Assembly: GCA_037444445.1 (NCBI GenBank)
Contig: JBBIMK010000002.1
Span: 90,001-122,000 of the forward strand
DNA from: a bacterium
GTDB lineage: Bacteria > UBP7 > UBA6624 > JBBIMK01
Length of the DNA: 32,000 nucleotides
Direction of reading: 5' to 3'
Made by a program: the position numbers and the translations under genes. Below the pieces are notes generated by a model, which worked only from the letters and a program-made list of their open reading frames with translations, had not been told where the DNA came from and did no database searches. Shown in pieces: positions 24,903 through 32,000 of this stretch; positions within the stretch are counted from its first letter, which is position 1, and every line of letters begins with the position of its first letter.

Positions 24903-25732
24903 CAGACGACGGAAAACTATGCGTTGCTGTCGTTCAAATGGATTGCGTGAGGTATGAGAAGGAAACAAATTTACAGAAGGCGATAGAGTGGATTGATGAA
25001 GCAGTAAAGCAAGGAGCACAACTGGTTTTATTGCCGGAACTCTTCACCACGGGCTATCTTACACAGCCAAAAGATTTAGAGCTGGCGGAAAAGATTCCCG
25101 GTCCTACAACGGAAAGACTTCTTTCCATCTGCCAGGAAAAAGGAATTTACCTGGGAGGATGCATTCTGGAAGGAGCACGAACCAGGGTATATGACACGGC
25201 TTTTTTCATGGGTCCTGAGGGATATATTGGGAAATATCGGAAAGTTCATTTGTGGAAAGGAGAATCTGCTCGTTTTACCCGGGGGAAATTAATCCAGCCA
25301 TTTGCAACTTCTATCAGTTGTGTGGGCCTTTTGATTTGTCATGATGTTCGTTTCCCGGAAGCCGTGAGGACTCTCGCAATTCAAGGGGCTCAGGTCGTTC
25401 TATTCCCGTCTGCCTTCGGGAAAGCCCGATTATACTCCTGGGACATTCAAACCCGGGCTCGGTCCATGGAGAATGGCATCTTTACCCTTTATGCAGATCG
25501 GATAGGAGAAGAGGATGACATATCATTCGCCGGACATTCCCGGATTGTAGACCCGTGGGGAAAAGTGCTTTGCGAAGTCACCGAAGCAGAGGGAATTGCT
25601 GTTGCCGACATAGATTTTTCCTGGATACAAAAAGCCCGGGAGGAAGTTCCACAGCTCCAGCAGGTGGCACCGAGAGTGTATCGCTATCTTTCCACTGCCC
25701 GAGTTCGTGAAACTAAGGTTCCCAGAGCATAG
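24887..25732 (+). CDS. carbon-nitrogen hydrolase (nitrilase superfamily amidohydrolase)
   Basis: The Glu-Lys-Cys triad contexts are present: LLPELF, YRKVHLW, LLICHDVRFPE. The start is uncertain. GTG at 24887 is chosen (16-nt overlap with the upstream gene); the alternatives are GTG at 24845 (the tracked ORF) and GTG at 24869. Confidence 0.82.
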   Translation: MPENLTDDGKLCVAVVQMDCVRYEKETNLQKAIEWIDEAVKQGAQLVLLPELFTTGYLTQPKDLELAEKIPGPTTERLLSICQEKGIYLGGCILEGARTRVYDTAFFMGPEGYIGKYRKVHLWKGESARFTRGKLIQPFATSISCVGLLICHDVRFPEAVRTLAIQGAQVVLFPSAFGKARLYSWDIQTRARSMENGIFTLYADRIGEEDDISFAGHSRIVDPWGKVLCEVTEAEGIAVADIDFSWIQKAREEVPQLQQVAPRVYRYLSTARVRETKVPRA

Positions 25733-26877
25733 TCCAGGCTGTTCAATAAATCTTCCGCATCTTCCAGCCCCACAGAAATTCTCAAGGTGGATTCCTGAAT
25801 TCCTATTTCTTTTTTCTCTTCGTTCGGAACAGTGGCGTGGGTCATACTCCAGGGGTGCTCAATCAGGGAACGAACATCGCCGAGACTCACGGCGAGGGTA
25901 AACACTTTCAGATGGGACAGGAAGGTTTTGACCTCTTCCAGCCCGCCTTCCAGGTCAAACGAGAGCATCGCACCGAAAGCCTCCATTTGCTCCTTTGCGA
26001 CGGCATATCCCGGGAATTCCGGGAGGCCGGGATAGTAGACCTTTTGAACCCTGGGGTGCTGATTTAAGAAGTCAGCGATTTTTTGAGTTGTCTGGCATTG
26101 GTGGTGAATCCGAAGTGGTAAAGTCATCATTCCCCGGAGGATGAGCCAGGCGTTCAGAGGGCTCATCACAATACCCAGGTCTTTCACCATTACTTGCTTC
26201 AGGGGTTGTATATATGCTGGAGACCCCACGGCTATGCCGCCCAGCGTATCACCATGCCCGGAGAGATATTTTGTGGCGCTGTGAATGACAATATCGGCGC
26301 CTGATAAAATCGGCTTTTGCAATATGGGAGTTGCGAAGGTATTATCCACAATGGCCAGAGCGTTTTTATCGTGGGCAAGATGAGCCACTTCTTCTATGTC
26401 TATGATGGTAAGTAACGGGTTACCCGGCGTTTCAAAATACACGGCTCGGGCGCCTTTTGTGAGTTCCCTTTCCAGCCAATCTCGGTCATTCAGGTCCCCC
26501 AGCACCACTTCAATGCCCCATCGGGGAAGTTGATTGGTGAGTAAGGAATAAGTGCATCCGTAAATATACTTTGAACTGATGAGTCGGTCTCCCGCTTGCA
26601 GGAGACCCAGCAGGGTAGCCGTAATGGCACCCATTCCGGTGGCTGATGCGGCGCCGTTTTCTGCTCCTTCTAAAAGTGCTACCCTTTTTTCCAGCAGGTC
26701 AATGGTAGGATTTCCCAGGCGAGTGTAGATATAAGCATCCCGATTGGCAAATGCTCGCACACCCTCTTCTACATCGGAAAATGAAAAACTGGCAGTTTGA
26801 AAGATGGGAGGTGCAACCGGGTGAGGACAGCCCTCTTCATCTCCCCCGTGAATAGACATCGTGGATTGTCCCATCAT
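25684..26877 (-). CDS. Cys/Met-metabolism PLP-dependent enzyme (methionine gamma-lyase / cystathionine gamma-synthase / beta-lyase family)
   Basis: 397-aa ORF with the PLP-lysine motif HSATKYLSGHGD and the C-terminal LRISVGLEDAEDL. SD AAAGGAGGGGG upstream. Its 3' end overlaps the convergent C-N hydrolase gene by 49 nt. Confidence 0.88.
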   Translation of the reverse strand: MMGQSTMSIHGGDEEGCPHPVAPPIFQTASFSFSDVEEGVRAFANRDAYIYTRLGNPTIDLLEKRVALLEGAENGAASATGMGAITATLLGLLQAGDRLISSKYIYGCTYSLLTNQLPRWGIEVVLGDLNDRDWLERELTKGARAVYFETPGNPLLTIIDIEEVAHLAHDKNALAIVDNTFATPILQKPILSGADIVIHSATKYLSGHGDTLGGIAVGSPAYIQPLKQVMVKDLGIVMSPLNAWLILRGMMTLPLRIHHQCQTTQKIADFLNQHPRVQKVYYPGLPEFPGYAVAKEQMEAFGAMLSFDLEGGLEEVKTFLSHLKVFTLAVSLGDVRSLIEHPWSMTHATVPNEEKKEIGIQESTLRISVGLEDAEDLLNSLDYALGTLVSRTRAVER

Positions 26878-26904
26878 GATATTCCCCCTCCTTTCATCGC
26901 TTTA

Positions 26905-26913
26905 ATCATATCA
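26905..26913 (-). promoter_or_regulatory. extended -10 like element (TGATATGAT) upstream of the PLP enzyme gene
   Basis: The minus strand reads TGATATGAT, 27 nt upstream of the ATG at 26877, with the SD in between. Confidence 0.4.
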
Positions 26914-26933
26914 TAGCCAAAAAGCAGAAAAAC

Positions 26934-26942
26934 TGATATAAA
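26934..26942 (+). promoter_or_regulatory. extended -10 like element (TGATATAAA) upstream of the secreted hydrolase gene
   Basis: TGATATAAA lies 26 nt upstream of the ATG at 26969, with SD AAAGGGG in between. Confidence 0.4.
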
Positions 26943-26968
26943 TCAGGATAGATAAAGGGGTGAAGAAA

Positions 26969-29557
26969 ATGAAAAAAGCCTGGAAAACAAGCAGTTGGCT
27001 CAGCATTGGAGTGATTTTCGTCACTTTTGCCAATTTCGGAGGTCTTCTTCCGACCATTGAGAAGCCTATCATCATTCAGGATTGGTTTGTAATAGGTCCA
27101 TTTTCCGCCGGTTCACGGGAAGGGTTCGTAGACCCTCTAATGGAATGGGGTGGGATGGAAAATATCCAGCCGATTGAAGGGCAGGAGCATATGTCCTGGA
27201 TGGCTACTAATGGAGTCGTGAAATGGGCTAAGGTTCAGGCGAAAGATGGAAGAGTTACCTACGAATATCCGAATGTAGATTGGGATGCTATTACCGACCA
27301 GTGGGGATTTGCAGGAACTATCAACAACGGGTTTGCCTATGGGGAATTTCAAAGCGACCAGCCACGGCGGGTGCTGGTGTCAGCCCAGGGAGCCGGGAGT
27401 ATCCTTTTGAATGGTCAGTCCTATCTCTCTGACATCTACGGCCATGGCTATGTTCTTTCCCCAGCGGTTTTGAAAGCAGGGGTGAATCGGGTTCTCATCC
27501 GTAGTGGCCGCGGAGCAGGCGCTCTGACTTTCACTCTCCAGTTCCTCCCCGCAGAAACTCCCGTCATGGTGAATGCCAGGGATATTCTTCCACCGGACTT
27601 GATAGAAGGTGAAAAAGCCGAAGGCTGGGCAGGCGTCCCTCTCATCAATACCACTCCGGAGACGATTGAGGATGCGGTTTTAACTTTCGGCGATGATGAT
27701 GTTTTTCAAGCAATATCCGTGAATGTTCCACCTCTTCCACCTCTTTCCGTTATCAAGTTGCCGATATGGGTAAAGACTATTCGTCCTGTCAGGCTGGAAG
27801 AAGCAGAGAATCAGATTCTGAAAGTTCCCGTATCTGTCAGGGCTCACGGGGAAACTCATGAGGTGGATGCAGATGTGCGTGTGAGAAAAGCAGGACAGTC
27901 CTATCACATCACCTTCCGTTCCGACACGGATGAATCGGTTCAAAAATACGCTGTTCTGCCGCCTGAGCATTACGACCCAGCAAAAGAGTATGCTCTTATC
28001 CTCAGCCTCCATGGTGCGGGTGTGGATGCAGATGGACTGGTGGATGCTTATCAGCCTAAAGATTGGGCTTATGTAGTGGCGGCCACGAATACTCGCCCCT
28101 TCGGTTTTGACTGGCAGGATTGGGGCAGGCTGAATGTGCTCCAAACTTTGAAGGATGTGAAGAGTCGTTTCAAAATTGATGAGGACCGGGTGTATCTCAC
28201 AGGCCACTCTATGGGCGGGCACGGCACCTGGCATGTAGGATTCACTCACCCAGACCTTTTTGCCGCTATCGCTCCATCCGCAGGATGGACTTCCTTTGCC
28301 TATTATGTTCCCTTTACGATGCGAAAAGGTTTGCTTTACGCTCCTCCAACCCTCCACACCATCTGGGAAAAATCTCTCCGGGAGGAAAGCACTCTTTTGT
28401 TTGCGGAGAATGCATCTAATATCTCGGTTTTTGCTATAGAGGGTGGGAAAGATGATGATGTTCCACCTTTTCATCCACGCTGGGTTATAGCAACCCTGCG
28501 GGACCTGGGTATTGAAGCCATATATCATGAAGAACCCGGTATGTCCCACTGGTGGGATGACCCGAAAACCCCGGGAACGGATTGCGTGGACCTGGCAGAA
28601 TTGATGCAATTCTTCCAGTGGAAAAAAAGAAATCCCTTACCCCACCGTGTTGTTTTTCGCACTACAAATCTGGGCACCCTTCACCGTCTCTACTGGGTTC
28701 AGATTGACGAAATGGAAATTCCCTACGAGGATACGCATATAGAAGCTCGCATTCTGGACAACGGTGAAGTGGATGTAACAACGCAGAATGTGGAACAATT
28801 TACCCTGCACCTGTCCCGGTTGCTTCCTCCGGGTATCACCCGCTTCCGCATCAATGGCCAGACTATAGCCACTCCTATTGATGATTCAGGTTCCATCAGT
28901 TTTCACAGGGAAAATGGGGGCTTTCAACTGGGCTCCAGAAGCGGTGCAGGGTTCAGGAAAACCCCTTCTCTTTTCGGTCCCATCAAACAGGCTTATTTCA
29001 CCCCCTTTATCTTCGTCTACGGCACCGCAGGCACTCCTGTAGAAACCGACCTCAATCGTAATATGGCGGTGCTGGATGCTCAAATCTGGTGGTGGCGAGC
29101 CAACGGGTTCGTTCGCGTGATTAGCGATTCGGATGTGACAGACGAAATCATCCAGAAATACAATCTCATCCTTTATGGCAATTCTCAAACTAATGCTATT
29201 CTGGCGAAAATACAGGACCGCCTGCCGATATGGGTCACTCCGCAGGGAGTATCCGTCGGTGAGCAGATGGTATGGGGTGTTGACCTCGCGGCTCGCTTTC
29301 TCTACCCGAACCCTTTGAATCCCCAGAAATTCGTTGTGGTTATTGCAGGAACGAGCACAAAAGGTATGCGTCTTGCAGGCCTTTCAGGGATGTTCTACTC
29401 CGGTGCTGGATTACCCGATTTTATCGTTTATGGCGAGGAGGTGAAGACCAGAGCGTGGGGGGGATTTTTAGCCGCTGGCTTCTTTGACAATTCCTGGCAA
29501 GTTTCCTCTGACCCCCGCCTCACCTACTTCCGCCCACAACACAGAACTCTTCATTGA
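26969..29557 (+). CDS. large secreted multidomain protein with a central alpha/beta-hydrolase (serine esterase/peptidase S9-like) domain
   Basis: It has a signal-peptide-like N-terminus (MKKAWKTSSWLSIGVIFVTFANF). The central segment LILSLHGAGVD...RVYLTGHSMGGHGTW carries the GxSxG nucleophile elbow. Flanking regions of roughly 330 aa (N-terminal) and 300 aa (C-terminal) are unassigned. The ATG at 26969 is preferred over the GTG at 26960 because of SD spacing. Confidence 0.8.
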   Translation: MKKAWKTSSWLSIGVIFVTFANFGGLLPTIEKPIIIQDWFVIGPFSAGSREGFVDPLMEWGGMENIQPIEGQEHMSWMATNGVVKWAKVQAKDGRVTYEYPNVDWDAITDQWGFAGTINNGFAYGEFQSDQPRRVLVSAQGAGSILLNGQSYLSDIYGHGYVLSPAVLKAGVNRVLIRSGRGAGALTFTLQFLPAETPVMVNARDILPPDLIEGEKAEGWAGVPLINTTPETIEDAVLTFGDDDVFQAISVNVPPLPPLSVIKLPIWVKTIRPVRLEEAENQILKVPVSVRAHGETHEVDADVRVRKAGQSYHITFRSDTDESVQKYAVLPPEHYDPAKEYALILSLHGAGVDADGLVDAYQPKDWAYVVAATNTRPFGFDWQDWGRLNVLQTLKDVKSRFKIDEDRVYLTGHSMGGHGTWHVGFTHPDLFAAIAPSAGWTSFAYYVPFTMRKGLLYAPPTLHTIWEKSLREESTLLFAENASNISVFAIEGGKDDDVPPFHPRWVIATLRDLGIEAIYHEEPGMSHWWDDPKTPGTDCVDLAELMQFFQWKKRNPLPHRVVFRTTNLGTLHRLYWVQIDEMEIPYEDTHIEARILDNGEVDVTTQNVEQFTLHLSRLLPPGITRFRINGQTIATPIDDSGSISFHRENGGFQLGSRSGAGFRKTPSLFGPIKQAYFTPFIFVYGTAGTPVETDLNRNMAVLDAQIWWWRANGFVRVISDSDVTDEIIQKYNLILYGNSQTNAILAKIQDRLPIWVTPQGVSVGEQMVWGVDLAARFLYPNPLNPQKFVVVIAGTSTKGMRLAGLSGMFYSGAGLPDFIVYGEEVKTRAWGGFLAAGFFDNSWQVSSDPRLTYFRPQHRTLH

Positions 29558-29994
29558 GTTCTGCTTCGTTTCCTTTCCGGATTGCGAGCTTTCAGGCGAT
29601 TCCAGATAGCGTCCATCTCTTGCAGGCTCATTTTTTCACCCTCTCGGTACAGCCCCTTTTCCTTCATAATTTTCAAGACTTCCGAGAAGCGTTTTTGAAA
29701 TTTCCTGTTGGTGTAAGATAAGCATTTTTCCGGGTCTACACGGGCGAGACGAGCCACATTGATGACAGCAAAAAGCAAATCGCCCATCTCTTCCCCTACC
29801 CTGCTATGGGTTGAACCCCTTTTTTCTCGCAGTGTTTTTCGCACCTCCTCTGCTTCTTCCGTAACCTTCTCCAGCGCCTCCATCGGTGCGTTCCAATCAA
29901 AACCTCTCTTAGAGGCAGCCTTTTGAAGCTTCAACGCTTCTTGCAAGGGGTTTCCGGTTTTCGTTTTTCTTTTCTTCATTTTATTCCAGCCCAA
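29551..29994 (-). CDS. MazG-like nucleoside triphosphate pyrophosphohydrolase (single MazG domain)
   Basis: 147-aa ORF. The pattern GFDWNAPMEALEKVTEEAEEV...EEMGDLLFAVINVARLARVDPEKCLSYTNRKFQKRF matches the MazG EExxE...ExxD catalytic helices and the conserved NxKFxxRF tail. Confidence 0.8.
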   Translation of the reverse strand: MGWNKMKKRKTKTGNPLQEALKLQKAASKRGFDWNAPMEALEKVTEEAEEVRKTLREKRGSTHSRVGEEMGDLLFAVINVARLARVDPEKCLSYTNRKFQKRFSEVLKIMKEKGLYREGEKMSLQEMDAIWNRLKARNPERKRSRTQ

Positions 29995-30036
29995 GAATGT
30001 GCCTTTTCGTTCTGTGGTGATTCTTTCTGACTCCCT

Positions 30037-30690
30037 TCATTGAATGACTCCTTCTTCCATTACTTCTCCGCTGGAAAATCTGGAAATTTTCTGAATCATT
30101 TCCTGCATAGGACCTGAAAGGACGAAATCGGAGGGTACGTAGAAAATTACCAGAACTTGAGTGGTTGAGGAAGTGATCCGGGCTCTTTCGCTATCTGCAA
30201 TCGGAGAGCCGAAAATTCCCTCTGTGTCCACCGCAACGATTCTGTCACAGGCATTCATGGGACGATTTCCGATAGCCAGGTAGGAATCTTCTGCTTTCCC
30301 GATGCGGAGGATTATCGGTGGCTTAAGCGTTTGGAAATCGTGAAGCCCCAGGGGGGTGAAATATTTTAACTGGATGAAGTTCCCGATGTCTACCACGGTG
30401 TTGATTCTTGGGAAAGGGTCGCCACGAAGGACTCTTCTCGCCAGGGCTTCGGGCGAAGGGCGGTGTTTCGTGGGGTCAATTCCACATCGGCTAAAGAGCC
30501 GACGAACTTTTTCAACTGGCGGAAATTCAGATAATTTCTGCCCCTGGAAGGCAGAACTCGTTTCCTCTATCAATTTTTGAATGACACCTTCCAATTCTGG
30601 ATTTGTCCCCCGGACGTTCACACCGTTGAAAAGCAAAAACCCCGCCTGAAACCCCTTTTGACGCAACTCCGGGCTTACCTGAAATTTCAT
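30037..30690 (-). CDS. free-standing B3/B4 tRNA-binding-domain protein (PheRS beta-subunit editing-domain-like)
   Basis: 217-aa ORF. The size and the pattern (RRVLRGDPFPRINTVVDIGNFIQLKYFTPLGLHD...GIFGSPIADSERARIT) resemble the B3_4 domain family found as stand-alone proteins. Its ATG overlaps the upstream thioesterase stop (ATGA). Confidence 0.65.
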   Translation of the reverse strand: MKFQVSPELRQKGFQAGFLLFNGVNVRGTNPELEGVIQKLIEETSSAFQGQKLSEFPPVEKVRRLFSRCGIDPTKHRPSPEALARRVLRGDPFPRINTVVDIGNFIQLKYFTPLGLHDFQTLKPPIILRIGKAEDSYLAIGNRPMNACDRIVAVDTEGIFGSPIADSERARITSSTTQVLVIFYVPSDFVLSGPMQEMIQKISRFSSGEVMEEGVIQ

Positions 30691-31697
30691 CCGGATTCCC
30701 CTTTCTGTCTATTTAGAATGGATTTTAATTGTCGGCTTCTGGCAAGTCTTTTTTGCCGTCGCTCCTCAGCTTCTCGGAATCGCTTTTTCTCATCGGTTGT
30801 GCGGGGCTCATACGAGGGAACGAAAGTGGGTTTCCCGTTTTCATCCAGCGACACGAAAGTGAAGAAAGCCGTGCAGGTATGTCGTTTCTCATTCCTTAAC
30901 GGATTCTCTGCCAGAACCTTCATTCCCACTTCCATAGAGGTTCGCCCTGCCCAGTTGAGAGCAGCTTTCACCACCATAATTTCTCCAACCCGGATGGGAG
31001 AATAAAAATCCACTGCGTCTATAGAAGCAGTTACATTCACTGCATGGGCATACCTCATGCAAAGGATGCCTCCTGTGACATCCAGGGTCATCATTACGCT
31101 CCCTGCGTCGGCATAATCCAGATACACGGTATCTTCTGGAAAGATTTCTCTTGCCACTTCAATTGAATTGGGGCTGTGAGGCGGAATGATGTCCTCCACA
31201 TCGGTGGCTTTTTCCATTCGCCGGGCGATTCGCTCCTTTCGGTCAAAGTATCGTTTTTCTCCAGCCTCATAAAGGGCTTTTTCCCAATCGCCGGATGGAA
31301 TGATGGGAGGCACTGGCGTGGGACTCCCTTTCTCATCCATCGCCACAAAAGTCAAGTGTGCAGAACACGGGTACTTGACTGTGCCAGTGGGTGGATGCTC
31401 CGCCCTCACCTCCACTCCTACTTCCATAGAAGTTTGTCCCGTATATTCTACTTTTGCATTCAGATAAACAATTTCGCCCACTTCCACGGGAGCCAGGAAG
31501 TCTAAATCCTCCATAGAAGCCAGAATGACCATGCGGTTAGCATGCCTGGATGCAGACATTAGCCCTGCCTCCATCACCCATTTGACCATCCGTCCGCCGT
31601 AGAGTTTACCGCGTGGATTGGCGTGCTCAGGAAATACAAATTTCAACACCTCTACCTGTGAATCCCGCATCTCTTTACCCATTCTAATCCCACCCAT
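30687..31697 (-). CDS. acyl-CoA thioesterase with tandem hotdog (4HBT/BFIT-type) domains
   Basis: 336-aa ORF with two repeats of the pattern PEHANPRGKLYGGRMVKW...LDFLAPVEVGEIV...GQTSMEVGVEV and EDTVYLDYADAGSVMMTL...VDFYSPIRVGEIM...GRTSMEVGMKV. The start is uncertain: ATG at 31697, 31682 or 31670. Confidence 0.82.
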   Translation of the reverse strand: MGGIRMGKEMRDSQVEVLKFVFPEHANPRGKLYGGRMVKWVMEAGLMSASRHANRMVILASMEDLDFLAPVEVGEIVYLNAKVEYTGQTSMEVGVEVRAEHPPTGTVKYPCSAHLTFVAMDEKGSPTPVPPIIPSGDWEKALYEAGEKRYFDRKERIARRMEKATDVEDIIPPHSPNSIEVAREIFPEDTVYLDYADAGSVMMTLDVTGGILCMRYAHAVNVTASIDAVDFYSPIRVGEIMVVKAALNWAGRTSMEVGMKVLAENPLRNEKRHTCTAFFTFVSLDENGKPTFVPSYEPRTTDEKKRFREAEERRQKRLARSRQLKSILNRQKGESG

Positions 31698-31846
31698 ATC
31701 TTACCAATTCTTTCCCATACTTGCATAAGCAGGGAAGAAATATCTTCAGCATGAAAAATCTATCTTGTGTATAAGGGGTCTGGGTGAGAGAATCAGCACT
31801 CAGCACTCGGTTCCCGGCGCCAACCCGTTCACCCCCCTTCTCTTAT

Positions 31847-31895
31847 CTCACCACTCACCATTCACTTCTCCCGCCTCCCGCCTCCCGTTTCTCGC
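31847..31895. repeat. degenerate 7-nt tandem array (7 units), strongly pyrimidine-rich on the plus strand
   Basis: Consecutive heptads CTCACCA, CTCACCA, TTCACTT, CTCCCGC, CTCCCGC, CTCCCGT, TTCTCGC. A separate CAGCACT x2 sits at 31794-31807. I read these directly from the sequence. Confidence 0.75.
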
Positions 31896-31896
31896 C

Positions 31897-32000
31897 TCAT
31901 GATTCTTTAAGCCTTTGAACCGACTGATATAAGTCAGAAACTTCGCCTCGCTCACCTGTTTCGTTTCGGAAAGGTTTATTCTCCCACTCGCGTCGGGTAA
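31897..32000 (-). CDS. possible 3' end of an unidentified CDS entering from the right edge (frame not resolved)
   Basis: Two minus-strand frames stay open from the window edge.
- Frame A: ...TRREWENKPFRNETGERGEVSDLYQSVQRLKES, stop at 31897-31899.
- Frame B: ...INLSETKQVSEAKFLTYISRFKGLKNHEARNGRREAGEVNGEW, stop at 31848-31850.

Frame A is favoured because frame B would have to translate through the 7-nt periodic repeat. No homology was recognised. Confidence 0.3.
   Translation of the reverse strand, partial: TRREWENKPFRNETGERGEVSDLYQSVQRLKES

Noticed and set aside
27680-28609. 309-aa ORF antisense to the secreted hydrolase gene, the longest unexplained ORF in the track.
   Set aside because: It lies entirely inside a well-supported plus-strand CDS. 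It has no SD and no recognisable motifs, and its composition looks odd (runs of Cys, His and Arg). Long antisense ORFs arise by chance opposite genes with few complementary stop triplets. It could still be checked by ribosome profiling.
31850-31868. G-quadruplex potential of the minus-strand GGGAGGCGGGAGGCGGGAG...GGGGGG tract (31820-31890).
   Set aside because: There are only three closely spaced G3 runs. The fourth run is about 35 nt away, which gives an unfavourable long loop. I kept this only as part of the heptamer-array finding.
1-32000. I looked for CRISPR arrays, IS or transposon ends, integrases, phage genes, toxin-antitoxin pairs, retron or DGR reverse transcriptases, and rRNA.
   Set aside because: I saw no spaced direct repeats of 24-40 nt, no transposase, integrase or RT-like ORFs, and no pairs of small overlapping ORFs with TA-like features. 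The only RNA genes recognised are tRNA-Glu and tmRNA. By-eye repeat detection is limited, so a self-dot-plot would be the decisive check.

Overview
This is a densely coded (about 90% coding) bacterial chromosomal window of moderate GC, and most of it is housekeeping. I call 31 complete CDSs, one edge-truncated citrate synthase at the left border, a possible CDS 3' end at the right border, one tRNA-Glu(CUC) and one tmRNA.

Gene order, left to right:
- citrate synthase (-), diverging from glutamate dehydrogenase (+)
- a long minus-strand block: PAP2 phosphatase, larB, etfA, etfB, fabF, fabG, fabD, fabH, plsX, tRNA-Glu, P5C dehydrogenase, mnmG
- a plus-strand block: unknown membrane protein, DUF59-Mrp Fe-S carrier ATPase, LOG/SLOG-like TIGR00725 protein, acylphosphatase, excisionase-type HTH protein with an AT-hook
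- a 320-bp AT-rich gap
- a minus-strand block: rph, murI, ssrA, smpB
- a plus-strand block: ArsC/LMW-PTP-like protein, purL, membrane Mrr-like/TPR protein, C-N hydrolase
- a trans-sulfuration PLP enzyme (-)
- a large secreted alpha/beta hydrolase (+)
- a minus-strand block: MazG-like protein, free-standing B3/B4 domain protein, tandem-hotdog acyl-CoA thioesterase

I found no rRNA, CRISPR array, transposase, integrase or phage genes, and no clear-cut defence island. The candidates for something new are all hypotheses built from gene context and domain architecture:
1. an overlap-coupled SLOG/LOG-like, acylphosphatase and AT-hook HTH triad next to a long AT-rich non-coding gap
2. a membrane-anchored protein with a degenerate Mrr-type nuclease domain plus TPR-like repeats, start-stop coupled to purL
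3. an orphan larB coupled to etfBA
4. smpB and ssrA separated by only 2 nt, with a very short predicted tag
5. a degenerate heptamer array at the right edge

A recurrent extended -10 promoter motif (TGATATAAT) is also visible. All product calls rest on motif recognition by eye from the supplied translations. No database search was run.
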